Source of the DNA: Felis catus
Taxonomy: Eukaryota
Reading direction: 5' to 3'
DNA: 64,000 nucleotides
NCBI RefSeq assembly: GCF_018350175.1
Contig: NC_058379.1
Span: 38,130,001 to 38,194,000, forward strand
This document shows positions 10,101 through 23,699 of this stretch, piece by piece. Every line of letters begins with the position of its first letter. Within the stretch, counting starts at the first letter, position 1. A program made the position numbers and the translations under genes. The notes under the pieces were generated by a model. The model worked only from the letters and a program-made list of their open reading frames with translations. It was not told the origin of the DNA and made no database searches.

Positions 10101-12897
10101 GTCCGTTGATAGAGCACGGTACCCCTCAAGATACCTTTCATCAGTACGGGTACTGCATGCTTAAGTCTCCCAACAAAACGCAGGAGAGCTGGTGGCGTCC
10201 CAGGGCAAAGGCCAGAGTCTCCATCAAAGTTACAGAGTAAATTCCATCCACTTAGGAAATTTTCAAGAAATGGCCAAATTCATCCACCGAATCTGCCCTA
10301 CCAAGGAAATGCAACAGGATTTCTACCCAGTTCTTGAATGAATGAAGATACAGATGCGGACTGTGATGGGCTTAACTGGCATCTCATTGCACCAGGGCCC
10401 GCAGGGTTTTAATGAGAATGCTTCCACCCGGGCAGCCAAACTAGATGGGCACTGCATATTCTTGACTTGTTTGCGCATTGAAGATGCAGCGGGAATAAGT
10501 GCAGGAGGAGTCCGCAGAGGACCTCTGTGCGGTGTGGGAGGCTGAGAGAGAGCCCCAGGATTCACACTGAGGGCTCTCACAGCCGAACCCTGACCCTCCA
10601 AGCGGCTGCTACCATTACCTTTCGCGTGTGCTTCCCCCAGACACATGGAGCAGGAAGGAAAACTAATTTCAGAAAGAGACCAAATAAGTTACCAACTTGT
10701 TGACGTCACCTGTTCATTATTCTTTAATATACAGCATCTTCAGAAAACTGCTAAGGATGTAAGAGCAAATCAGTACATGTTCCACAGCAAAATTTGCTTA
10801 AAAACTTTTTTTTCCCATTATGAGCAGATCACCTGCTGGGAAAAAAAAATCTTCTATTTTCCCTCCCTCTCTCCAGAACTCATTTCAGACCCATGTTATT
10901 GCCCTAAGAGAAAAAAAAAAGTCTCCATTAAAAACCAGAAGTTGCACACTTCACAGCCACAGCCCATGGGGCGACTAGGGGACACAGTAGATCTTCAAAT
11001 AGCAAATCTTAGAGCCACTGTGCACACTGGAGTCAGGCCGCATTTGCATTTTGGAAAACATTAGGCATTGATTTTGTTGAGTTGCTTAAATGAAATACTT
11101 CAGAAATTAATGTGCACAGGTATTAATAATAGAGAGCATTAACATTTATAAAGACTAAGAAACTTTTCTCAAATTGGAAAAACTATGCAGGGACATTATT
11201 AATATTTTTATTATTCTGAAGACTACAAGGTTAATTGCTTTTCAAAATGGTGAGGCTAACGAGTTTTTGCAGAGTTTCTAACTAAAGGAAAAGGCTAAGA
11301 CTAGATTAACCAGGATTTTCTTTGGTCCTAAAGAATGTCTCTGACACACATGGGGAAGTACATGCGGAAAATAGGATTTGGTGAGAAGTTCGATTTTACG
11401 GAGTACTTTATCTGGAGGAAAAGAATACAGAGAATTAACGTTGAGTCCTTCTTTTGACCTCCAAATATTGTGTCACTTCTTAGAGCACTTGATAAACTCC
11501 TGGTCAGGCACTTTGTAATGATTTTTTAAAATTTTGGTCTCTTGATAATTATTATACCCAATTGAGTAGCGTAAGTGCAGTGCTAACTGCTTTTAGTACT
11601 CAAAGGACTGTATTTACTGCCTTACTGACTTCACATCCATGTTTTGTGGCATTTTGCTAGCTCACATCTTGACTGGTTAAAAATTTGTATTAACAAGTAC
11701 AGAATGTAGTCGAATTGCATAGGTGTTCTGTGCAATTACAAATTGGGCTTATTGTGCAAAACTACTTTTCTGAAAGCACTTTAATAAAACAAATTGAAAA
11801 TTTCCCGTTTCCAGGAACTTTCACTCTGTCCAAGAAGTAATCAGAATAACGGAGAAAGGAAGCTGCAATAGCGGCTACCAGCTGGATTTCTCATGGGCCA
11901 GCCAGTGCCCTGGGGGCTTATTAAGACCCTTGTTAAGTCTGGGGAGGTGTAAGTTCAACTCACAGGCCAATCTATTTTCAAGACTTAAACTGAAAAAATA
12001 GTTAGGTAAACCAGAAGCAAAGCCAGTTCTGTGGTCTTCGGGAGCAAAATTACTCTTCTGTTGAGCCACTTAAGGATAGGGAGAAGACTGGATGAAGGTG
12101 AATGATGCTCACTGTGTGCCAGGCCCCAGCAGGTTGCTTCTCTCTAAGTTGCATTGTGTTATCTTCTTCTTCTCTTTTAATATGGAGAAACAGCAGCACA
12201 AAGGGTGTAAATAATGGGCCCTTCCCAGGGCCACATGCCTAATGAATGGCTGACTGGCACCAGCACCAATTTGTGGTCAGTCACCACGAAGGCAGCATGG
12301 TGGGGTAATAATGTCCTGATGAGGAGCTTTGCAGCAGAGGCCGGGGTCGCCAACCTGTGTTCCGTCTGCATAAGAAACACCTTTTTGAGTGCCAGTTTGA
12401 GAGAAAGTGGGAGAGGGATTGGCCAACCCCCCACCAAATCCATCTGTGGTCATGGCATGAACATAGACTCAAATGAAGGATATGTGTATTTTCTTCAAAG
12501 TGTAATTAGTTGGTGAAGTGTTCTCACTCTGCTTCAGAGAACTAGTGCCATATGTCAATATTAGTGTTCTTTTACTGCATTCTTACAGGGATTTTCCTTA
12601 AAGCAGTCATCCGGACACTTACATTCCAAACACAATTTAAAATGTTGCCTAGTCCAAGCGTCTCTGAAAAACAGAAGCAGTTATCAGTTACTGGTGCTCT
12701 TGAGAAAACAGTCATATTTAATTTCTGCTGATTCAATGAAACAAAATTACAAAATAATGAACCTACCAAAGGATCCTTTCACTCTAAGATCAGCTGTTCA
12801 ACAAACATTTTACGGAGCAAGTACTGTGCGACCAACACTGTGAGTTACAGTCAGTCTAATGGTAGCCCATCCAAGTAAAGAAATACAGAAGCAAATA

Positions 12898-12928
12898 GTT
12901 TTGTTTTGTTTTGTTTTGTTTTGTTTTT
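12898..12928. repeat. (GTTTT)n simple repeat
   Basis: About 6 tandem GTTTT units. Confidence 0.9.
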
Positions 12929-13049
12929 AGTTAGTAAGCTCTGGAAAATGTTGGTCATTGGAAGTGAAATTTAAAAATTCATCATTCTGTCATTTAACTC
13001 AAAACCTTCGATCTCTATTTACATCGTGGTTAAGAGCATAGGGTTGGAA

Positions 13050-14534
13050 TTCGTTCAGTCATCTATTTAATAACCATTTATAGTCTACTGCTTGACAAGC
13101 ACTGTATTAGACACTGGGTCTATCACTTGTCAAAAAAAAAAAAACAACAGTCCCTACCTTCAGTAAATATTACATTCTAGCTGGGACGACAGATTAATCA
13201 AATGACCTTATTTTAAAAATATCAACCTGTACCTGTGGCAAGTGATATAGAGAAGAATTTATGTGAGACTTTTATTATAAGAAGACTTGACGTAACTGAG
13301 GAAATAACATAAGGTTTCTGAGAAAGGGGACATTTAAGCTACGACTTAAAGGATGGGCAGAAGGTGATGAGGCAGGAGGAGGGAAGAAGGATCAGAGCAG
13401 CAGAGGGTAGTTGTACAAAAGCCTTGTGGGGGGCGGGACAGTAAAGCATCAGGGACTAAGAAAAAGTCAGTATAGCTTGAGAAGAGAGAATGGATGGTTG
13501 TGAAAATATCATAGTTCAAGAAGAGCCTGGAGAAGTAGAGTCTGGTCTTTGTACTGAACACAATGGCAAGGCGTTGATGGGTTTAAAGCAGGGGAAGTGG
13601 ATGATAAGGAACAGAATAGATACAGTCTGATCAGTTGGAAAACTAGTGAAGTTTCCAGGATAAAGGTGATGGTGGCTCGGAGGTGCATGGTGATATGGAA
13701 AGGATGGAGAGAAGAGAACATATTCAAGATTATTCAAGAGGTAAACACCGAGAGGATACTGGGGATGAGTGATGGGGGCTATTAAGAATGACTTGGGCAA
13801 CTGAAAGTGTATAATGCCTTTCACTAAGGAAACTTGAAAATGACCAGGTTTGGGATTTGAGGGCCGCGGGGGCAGGAGTGAGAATACTGAGTTGGGTTCA
13901 AGTATGTAGGGTTTTGAGAGGCATTTGAGAAAGCCAGAAGAAAATGTCAGGTAGCAAGTATATGGGGCTATAGCTGGAGTTCAGAAGTGAAGTTTGGACT
14001 GGAGATTAACTATTGGGGGTAGTGTGCATAGAGGTGGCAATTGAACTCCGGGGTCTGGGTGCAATCAATTTGGGAGAGGGTGTGAAGGGGATGGGGGTTC
14101 TAGGAAGGCCTAGAACCAAATCTTGAGGAACTCTAACCCTTAAGGGCTGGTTCCAAGGGAATGAGTCGTAGGGACAGGGAGGACCATCTGCTCAAAAAGT
14201 AAGAGAGGCAAGGGCTGCTGTGTCATGAGCATCTAGAGAAAAGAGTCTGTTAAGAAGGAAGGGTTCCAGCACTGGATGTGCTGAGAGGTCAAGTAAGATG
14301 AGTACTGAAAACTCTACGTGGGACTGAAAATAAATTATGTTGGATTGAATGATGCCAAGGTCATCAAGGACACTAATGAAAGCCTTGGTGGAGTCATGGT
14401 CAGATTCAAGTGACTGAGGAGAGTATGGGAGGTAGAGATAGGGAGACAGCCAGTAAGACAACTTATTCAAGGTCAGCTGAGAAGCTCAGGAGGGAGATAG
14501 GGTGAGGACTGGCAGTACATGGGCCGTCTAGGAG

Positions 14535-14578
<44 letters not shown>

Positions 14579-15230
14579 AATGAGAGGCACTCAAGAGTGT
14601 TCCAGCACCAGTGGAAGGATCCTGGTGAGGCAGGTTGAATTTATACAAGATAGAAGGGATTACTGAAGTCATAGTTTCTGAGAAGGCTCAAGAAGATGAG
14701 ATTTGCCTCAGGTGGGCAGAGAGACAGCTTCCATAAGCTCAGTTTGAGGAAGATTCAGGCTTTCCAGTTTGTGGCTTCTATTTTTTTCTATAAAGTAGGC
14801 AGCCGGATCATCTGCTGGAGGGGTTCAGAGACAGGCGGCAGCTGAGGGAGCCTAAATGGCAGGACCGAGGGAAGGGAGGTTTGAAACACTGTGCCTCGAG
14901 AGTGGAAAAGCAAGTGAGCCAGCGAGGGTCGTGGGGCTGCTGGGCAGCCCTTGATGGTTATGGAGTTTTAGTGGAACCAATCTGTCCTGTTAGGATGCGT
15001 CTGCAGGCACAGAAAAAGCAGTTAGCGAGGCTCTCAGACTGCAATTTTGGCCAGATGGTTGCAATGAAAAGACAGAGAAATAAGGAAATGTGAAGTATTT
15101 GCGGGACATAAAAAAATTTCCACTGAATCTGAGCAGAAAGAAGAGGGTAGTGAAGAAAGAATAAGGCCAAGAGGTTGGGAGCAATTAAGGGAATGAATCA
15201 TTTGAAGATCCCCATGAGGTCCTGGCACTC
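13050..15230 (-). mobile_element. Long LINE-2 fragment (about 2.2 kb) including an RT remnant
   Basis: L2 3' end at about 13050-13190. ORF 14192-14470(-) reads 'DHDSTKAFISVLDDL...FSVLILLDLSA...FLLNRLFSL', which resembles the L2 RT motif HSTETAL...LILLDLSAAFD. Confidence 0.85.
14536..14576. repeat. (TG)n microsatellite
   Basis: About 20 perfect TG units. Confidence 0.97.
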
Positions 15231-16184
15231 ATCAACCTGTAGGAAGCTGATGGGTGAAAAGAGGCGGGACAGGCATGGTGGGCGTAGTCTTGGAAGTCTC
15301 TGATGCTGCACAGGCCTGAGGCTGGTGGCTAGAGGACCCTGCTGCTCCCCTGGGGTGTGACCCTAGACCCCGAAATGCAGGTTCCACAGGCCACACCAAC
15401 AGGATGGATGGCCTTGATGGCCGAGGCCTCCAGGTTCTGCCATGGACAGACCAAGACCACATGTCTTGGTCGCTTGGCAGGCCGCTTCACTCCCAAACCT
15501 CACCATGCTCCTCTGGAAGTTGGTGTTAGCTTTCTGTGGTTATGAGGATTGAGTAAAGTTATGGGTGTATAACAGCACAATAACTGACTCTTGGCCAGGA
15601 ATTCATAAAAAGTGTCAGAAGCTGCTGTTTTTTTCTTGTGACACAGGCATTTTCTAGGCAGATCACATGTTTCATTGTTGTTATTCTTTTATTTTAACCC
15701 TTAAGAGGCAAGGCAGAAAGACATTTTGGATTTCAGAGAAACAGTGTGATTTGTAACATGGTGATATTATCATGTTGACTTAATCTTTTCTCTTCTGACT
15801 CTACAGCTGAGAGTTGAGAGTTGCAGCTCCGCTGTAGGGGAGCCAGAGTGAGGGGCAAGCTGACCCTAAAACAGGGTGTCTTAGGTGCTTGCTATCCTTG
15901 AGTGCCTGTCTTGTTCAGACTAGACTAACTTAGGTTCCTTTCATAAACCATGAATTCCAAGTGTCGGGCATCAAGGAGTTAGGCCACTCAAGGGGCTCCT
16001 TCCTTCCAAAGCAATGTGAGAAAAAAGTTCACTTAGGTTTATTTGCTTACCTGTCACCTACACTCAACAAAGATGGCTGGGGTCCTGTTTATCTTTGAAT
16101 GTACACACTCATGGCAGGTGCTCAATAATTGTTTCATGGAGTAGACTCTGAATAGCAAGGTTTTTAGCTCTGTAATAGGTAAGG

Positions 16185-16407
16185 TAGGGTTTCTGCTCAC
16201 ATCAGCACTGTTGACAGCTGGGGCCAGATACTTCTTTGTTCTTGGGGCTGCTCCATGCACTGTGGCATGTGTAACAGAATCCCTGTCTTGTACTCACTAG
16301 ATGCTATTAGCAACTCCGCCCCCCCCCTCCAAAAATAATGACTCTGGACATTTCTAATTATCTCCTGGTGGAGGGAGACAAAATGGTCTTTGGTTGAGAA
16401 CCGCTAG
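16185..16407. mobile_element. MER20 (hAT-Charlie MITE)
   Basis: 'cagcactgttgaca..tggggccagatacttctttg..ggggctg..catgcactgtggcatgt..acagaatccctg..tactcactagatgc...ggttgagaaccgct'. Confidence 0.88.
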
Positions 16408-17012
16408 CTTAGAGGAAATCTTTAATGTGGTCTATTTGTTGAATTTTTTTAAGTTTATTGAATTGTTTGCAGAGGAAAAAGCCTGAACTATAACCCCAAA
16501 TATCTTGCATGGTTTATTTCCGAGAAGTGAAATTGTAGGTGTTGTAGTTTCTTTCTGTAGTCCTTGGGCTTTTTGAAAATGTCTCATGTTTCTTCACTAT
16601 ACATGTATTGCTCTTACAATTTAAAAAGGAGAGAATGAAAAACGTTTAATATATGAAAATGATTCTTTTAAAAGTATGCGTTTCTTCCTAATACCCAGAC
16701 ATTCCTAACAATCATTTTGATTTCAGCCAGTGAACATTTATTTTATTGTGCATTTTGTTTATCTAATTTGTTCATTAATTATCATGGCTTGGAGTATTTT
16801 TAATCAGCAATGTCATAATCTGCTACTAATTGAAGTTCTACATGTTGACACAAATTTATTGGTCAGCCAAGCAATGGATTTCAGTCTCAGAGACACCTGA
16901 CCTTTTTCTATAAAGGCAGGAGCTTATCCAGTATCAAGTGACTTTGGTATAACCACACTTGTCCAGTGTCACTATTAGAGCCTGAGGTCCCAGAACATTG
17001 GAAAGAAGAGGG

Positions 17013-17053
17013 TGTGTGAGTGAGTGAGTGAGTGAGTGTGTGTGTGTGTGTGT
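17013..17053. repeat. Compound (TGAG)n(TG)n microsatellite
   Basis: Seen directly. Confidence 0.9.
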
Positions 17054-17390
17054 AAGTAATAATAAACTCCAAGTCAAACTTAATTTTTGAAAAATCAGCC
17101 AGTTAAGAGATTTTGCAAAACTCTAAATCAAAAAAAAAAAAAAAAAGATTCACAAGAAAGGATCTAGAGCCCCTTTCCCTCACCCCTTAGTTTAAATGAG
17201 GGGGAAAACCTAAAAAGTGAAGGCTTTCTTTTAGTACAAACCTTCAAAAAGGGGGGGAAATGTCATTAGATAAAGATAAAGAGCTGATTCCAGCATTCAA
17301 ATATGTAGCAGAGTATTTTTAAAAGCAAGAGAAGTTTCTCCTTTTCTTTTTTGTTCTATAGTTTCATAGCAAGTGATCTTAGAAACTTAC

Positions 17391-17728
17391 TATCTTAGTT
17401 GACTTGGGCTGCCATAACAAAATAGTACATACTGGAGGCTAAAAGTCCCAGATCAAGCAGCCAGCAAGATGGATTTCTTTCTGAGGCCTTTTCTTGGCTT
17501 GTAGGTGGCTGCCATCTTGTCGTGTGCTCACTTCTTTGTGTGGGGGATGGTGAAGGGAGAACATGAGCAACCTCTCTGGCAGCTCATAATATCTGGGCAC
17601 TAATCCCATCATGAGGGCCCCACCTTCATGACCTAATCCAACTCTAATTACCTCCCAAAGTTCCCATCTCCAAGTAGCATTGCTTTGGGGGGGCAGAAAG
17701 GGGGGACACAAATATTCAGTCCATTACA
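17391..17728 (-). mobile_element. MaLR solo LTR (MLT1A/MSTD-like)
   Basis: 'tcttagt..ttgggctgccataacaaaata...ctggaggctaaaagtcccagatcaag...ggcactaatcccatcatgagggccccaccttcatgacctaat...attcagtccattaca'. Confidence 0.9.
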
Positions 17729-20700
17729 TCTCCTCAATGATAACATGCAGAAATGGGTGATAGAATTGTTTATTATTTATGAGGCAATGATTGTTTGACC
17801 CAAAGCTCTCTCTTAAATATTTGCTTGTTCAAGGGAATGTAGGCGTTTGTATTTTTGATTTCTTTCCATCAGATATTCCTTCAACATTGACACATCATAG
17901 CACTCATCTTTTATTTACCAATGTGCCCACTCCCCCTTCAGTGTTACTGTCTCTTACTTGATCACCAAGTCAGGAGAACACTTGAAAAATGATTTTAGTA
18001 TCCCCTAGAATTATTTTCTAGTGTCTTTATTAAAACAATGTTTAAGTAACTTATTTTGATCTGCATTGCTATTGGTTAAATCTCATTGAGACGTAAATAC
18101 TTCATACAGCAAAATTTCATTACAGTGAAAGTTACTTGTTAGGCCTTTGGTCTCATCATAATGAGATTAGAAAAACAGCATGTTAACGCTGAAGAATTTA
18201 CATTGATTAGAGCATGTAGGTGAAATAAACGTATATTAAATATTGAGAAATGGGGAAGAGGTGATGATAAAACAACAATGAGATATTTGGAATCATTTTA
18301 AAAATACATTTTCTACTTTGGAAAATCTTATTTTTCCTTAGCACACAGGGTCTCTTCACCTGGAGAAGCCACCTGTGGATATGAGACTCAACTGCATTTT
18401 CTTTATACAGAACCTTATTGTTCACAGATAGCTGAGAAGTACAGTTTCTTGCTCCATCCTGGAGTCCTTCCTTCCCCCAAATCCAAGGAGATATTTGGAG
18501 TCTGTCTCAGACAAAGGTCAGAGTTGGCTTCCCCAGTTGTGTCCTCTCTCCTGAACTGAGTGCAGTTATAAACACTTCCTCTTTGCAGGATCTTTCCAGT
18601 AGTAGCTAAGATTGAATCAACTGCAGAAGCACCATTTCTTTTTTTCCCAGAAAACGCCCATTCTGCTGAAACTGACATCAATATGTGGCAGGATGGACAT
18701 ACATATATATTTGATCATCTGTCTAGGAAGTGTTCATGTTCACATCTTCTCCAGTGGCAGTGTTTTCTTGGGCAGCACTTACCTCCACTCCACGCAGAGA
18801 GAGTTGTGTTATTTGTAGAGTCACCAGTACTGTGGAGGCCTGTCACCAGGGCAGTGCCCCGGGAACTAGGTCACACATTGTCTTTGAGGGGGTTTACATT
18901 GTTGCGGTGTGGTTTCTGTCCGTCTCCAACCTGGGGAGAGCGAAGCCTGCTAGCCAGGCTCACAAGGTAGCTGCAGTCAGTAGATTCAGTGTCCTTGTGC
19001 TTCTCTCTAATCCCTGAGCTGGAACAGTATACAGATGTTCCACGTCTCCTAACTTGTTCCAAGTGTTATTTCTCCTGCCTATGGATGTGAGTTATTTTAC
19101 TCCTTATGTTTTTCTGCAAGTTCTTCTACAACTCCTTTCCTCCCAGTGCCATCTACTCCTCTGGAGCCAACTTTTATTTCCCTCTTTAAAACCAGCTCTT
19201 TTATACATTAACTGAAGCACCGTACTGTCTGACAGACTGGGAGAAATAGGGGGGCCGGGGCAGGGGTGAATCGCGAACTTAGATCTTTGGAGAACCAGGT
19301 ATTCCCTTACATTTATCATGAAGCCTCCTTTGTCCGATCTCAAATGTCATTACACGGAGGTGAAGAATAAAGTTTTCCAAACCGTAATCCTTCAAGCCCA
19401 TGTTAACAGAGGTTACAGTTGGCTACGCAGTTGTAGGTGGTTGTAGTTGCAGATCTGTTCTACTAGTTATTCATTTGCATTTTGCAAGCAAAATAACTTA
19501 ACCTGTTGCTATGTATCAAGCCAATATAACCTGGGATTTGTAGAAATCAAGTTTCCAGTTTTGCGTTTTACTTCGAAGGGAAGCATCCTGCATGAGTCTC
19601 CATGTGGAGCATGGTAACTATATCCTACAAGAATAAGATGCTTCGGGTCTGTGAATTACACAAGACGCGAAGGATGGTCCCTTCCAGCAACTTGAAAATG
19701 GCTCAGAAGGTGGGCACAGAGAAGTCGTGTTTCTTGTATATTCTCTGCTGATCTGAAAGTAGGTGAAGGATGGGATTTATCTTCTCAAAAACACAAGAAC
19801 ACTCTGCTCCTGGTTCTGTTATGGTTCTTGGAAACAGGTGGATCAGCTTGCAAAAGTCCCTTTAGATTGAAGCTAAAATAATGCTTCATGATCTCCCTAC
19901 TCCTACGGAGGTGGGGCTGGGGGACATAAATCTGAAAAACAGCTGGGCTTGAAACTTGGGTCACATGAAGCTTCTCAGTGATCACAAACTCCAGCTTCCT
20001 AGCAAGTAACAATTGGAGTATTTTAATGGGTCAGGCTAGTGAAAGAACAACTATAAAATTGAAACACATGGAACCAGCTAGATAAAGAAAAACATGAGAT
20101 GGTAGAAATAATGCATCTGTTAGCACATTGAGTATTACACTACAATATGCTTTTTGTATTTATCAGGGAAAAATACCATTGGGCTTGATTTAGCTGCCTG
20201 GCTATTTATGATTTATATAGGTCAGTTTGCATACTGTGTTCATATGCCTATTTTTAAATGTTTTACATCATTATTATAGGAGATTTTTAAATGCAGTGAA
20301 ATTTCAACCCAGAAAATTCTTAGAAAATTAATGAAATAGAGGAAAATTGAGATAGCAGTAAATATGACAATTTTGAAACACTTTATTTGGTGAAATTTGA
20401 AGTGGGGCAAAAGCAAATGCACTGGGCCTGCTCAAGTAAGATGGTTGACTAAGTTTTATCACCCTTGAGACTCAGGAATCAAAGATTATTTTTTTCTTTT
20501 TTCCCTTTTCTCTCTTCTCTGCAATAAACTTGCAGTGTTCCAACTGATGTTAGAAGAAGCACCAGCAAGTCTGAGAAGGGAAGCCAGCTAAATAAAACAT
20601 GAATTAGTGTTATCTCCCCGCCCCCCCCCCCAAAAGCCTCTTCTTTCTGAAGACAAACGGATATGGAACACGTCATTTGTTTTTAGTAAAACAATGAAAA

Positions 20701-20834
20701 TTAACACGAGAAACAGAAAATGTACATACGCATGTGATCTGCCTACTTTCATCTAATGATGTAATTCTCCCAGATTTGGCTTTTTGCTGGCTACTGGCTC
20801 TATCACTCAGATTTTGAGAAAGCTAAACGCATAT

Positions 20835-22600
20835 TACTGATTTTTAATAGGCATGACATGTGCAGGTACAAAATTCAAAAGGTATAAAGGGGTACAGAGT
20901 GGAAACCCAGGGCCCTCCCTGCTCCTGTCCTCCAGAGCCATCTTCTCTCCCCAGCGGTAATCACATCACGCTGACCCTCTTTCTGTGTGTCTCTCCAAAC
21001 TTAACTCTCTCCTTACTTATATGTGTGTTGCGTATCTATGCAAGTGATGGCATGCTGTATATACTGTTAAACACCTCTCTGTCTTCATTTGGCAGTAAAA
21101 CTTGACAGATGGTTCATATCAGTACATATGGAGCTCCCTCACCCTTTTCTACCACGTGGATTATAATTTATTTGACCATTCCCTGTCAACAGCAGTCTAA
21201 GTGATTTTCAGTGTTTGCTATGTAATGAATGCTTAACAGAATGGTCTACGCTCATCATTTTACATTTCTGAGAGTCTATGGGATAGATTCTGGAAGTGGA
21301 ATTGCCGATCAGTGGGATGCGCCTTTTAGATAATGCCACACTTATCTCCATAAACTTGCACCGGTATAGGCCCACTGACAATGTGTGAGAGGGCCTCTGT
21401 TTGCACATATTGCGTTGGAGAATTTGTTCATCCACACTAATCAAATAGGCTTAGAAGTAGTATTCAAAGTGAGAGTGAGCATCTTTTCATATTACAAGAG
21501 CCGTTTGTATTCATTTTTCTGTGAACGCTCCTTTAAATCTTATTTCCGTTTTTTTTCTATTTAATTGTGGCTCTGTGTGTATATATAGGGAAATTAGCCA
21601 TTTTTCTGTATTGCAAATTGTTAAGTGCTGCTTTTCAGTTTATCATTTGTCTTGGACTTGCTAACAGCACTTTTTAGGCTTTTAATATTTTTTTTTTTTG
21701 TATTCAAAGATATCAGACTTCTTTGTGGCTTCTAATTTTGTATCATGTTAAGGGGCTTTTGTTTCCTTAAAAAGAAATTTACATTGGTTTCTTATCATTT
21801 TATTGCTTCTTTTTTTTTTTTTTTTTTTTTTTTTTAGTTAGAAGTATTGCTCCATTTGGAATTTAAATCCATGTGACATGTGAGGTAGCGATTTAACTTT
21901 CCTTTTTCCTACTGTACTGGTTAAATAGGCCATGTTTTCCCCCCTGGCTCGAAATCCCTATTTATCATATTATATGATATGTTAAATTCTCTTAGGTATT
22001 TTGGTTTATTTGCATCGATATGCCTATCTGTTCATATGTTAGTGCCACATTGTTTTAACTGCTATAGCTTTATATAAGATCTTAAAATCTAAATAGCAGC
22101 ATTGTCTCTCTTAATGCTCTTCCTTTTTAAAATTTCCCCAGCTACTCTTGCTTATTCATTTTTCCAAATGAACTTCAGTATCAATTTTTCTGGTACAAAT
22201 ACAAAATCCTGTTGGTAGTCTTATCGAGATTGTATTAAATTTATGATTTAACTTTGAATTTGCCCCTTTACAAAGCTAGGTGTAATAAGCCTTTCCCTGT
22301 TCAAATGTTTCTTGTTTCTTGGTAGTGTTTTTAGTTTTCTTTATGTGGAAATCATAGCCTTCTTATGAAGTTTATTCCTAAGCACTTTATTATTTCTGTT
22401 GCTACAACAGATGGAATCATTTCTTCCTCTGTGCCCTCCAGCCAGCATTGTTTGTGTGTAAAGTCTGTCAATTTCTGAACATTAATTTCGACCCTACCAC
22501 TCGGTCAAATTCTCTCCGTATGTGTAATTTCTCCATGTAATTGATTTGTGTTTTCCAGGTAGATGAACGTGTCGTCTACAAATTATGATCATTTTACTTA
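20835..22600 (-). mobile_element. Ancient LINE-1 (L1ME4-like) 3' portion
   Basis: 'ggtacaaaattcaaaaggtataaaggggtacagagtggaaa', then 'ggatagattctggaagtggaattgc' and 'tgaagtttattcctaag' (L1 antisense). Confidence 0.8.
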
Positions 22601-23366
22601 CTGAAAGCTATTTTATTCTCATTTTCCCTTTACCAAAGTAGCTTCACGACTTTTGGACAACGTATGCAAGCATTCTCTCTGGCAAGTAGGAGGGGATTTT
22701 TTGAGACGGCAGAGCCATGTCTTCCGTAGGACCAACGAGAACCTTGCTACTGCTTGCACTTAATTAATTCTACCTGTGCTTTTATTGTAATTTTTGTTTG
22801 GTTAGTCCCTCACTTACTGAAAGAAATTACAGTAATTCATTTCTCATATTTGTTTAGTAGTAAAGAACATGGAATAAGAGGTGGTCACAGCTTCAGTAAT
22901 TTAAGCTTTGATTTTTATTGGTGTCCTTACAGATTCTGTTTAACATGCGAAGAGAAAAAAATGTTTAAGTTGCCAACATTTAAAATTACCCAGTTAAAAA
23001 TATATGGAGTGTTATTTTAATACTGAGCGTGTTCTGCTGTGGTCTCATTATCTGAAAATTGGCAATCTTGCGAGAAACCAAATAGTTCCCTTTCTCTAGA
23101 ACTTCGGGTAGGGCAGTCTCCACTATCAGAATCTTCCTAGGTCTCATCTGCATGGACATTAGCTGTTCACTAGTGGGCATGCAAAACAGTTTAGATTCCT
23201 GCTTGAGAGAGGATTGATCATCTTAGTTTTATTGTAGTTAAATCAAACCCAGGGTGAGGAAAAGTAATGTAAGAAGTTAGGGATAGACTCTTAGCTCTAG
23301 AAACTGGTTTGTTGTACAGCTTTTGGCAAATCGTTTAACTTCTCTATTTTGAAATTTTAAATTCAT

Positions 23367-23534
23367 GGGTTGCCTGGGTGGCTCAGTCAGTTAAGCATCC
23401 AACTTCAGCTCAGATCATGATCTCACGGTTCTTGAGTTCAAGCCCCACATGGGGCTCTGTGCTGACAGCTCAGCAGAGTGTGGAGCCTGCTTTGGATTAT
23501 GTGTCTCCCTCTCTCTGCCCCTCCCTCATTCATG

Positions 23535-23572
<38 letters not shown>

Positions 23573-23615
23573 ATTAAACAAACATTAAAAAAAATTTAAA
23601 AAAAGAAAGAAATTA
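23367..23615 (+). mobile_element. Feline SINE (SINEC_Fc2-like)
   Basis: 'gggttgcctgggtggctcagtcagttaagcatcc', (CT)n and an A-rich tail. Confidence 0.95.
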
Positions 23616-23699
23616 AAAATTTTTGAATGTAAATATTATTAAATAATTAACTAGCATGTAATATTAATAAAACTATTAATATTAGTCAGCTCCTTATGT

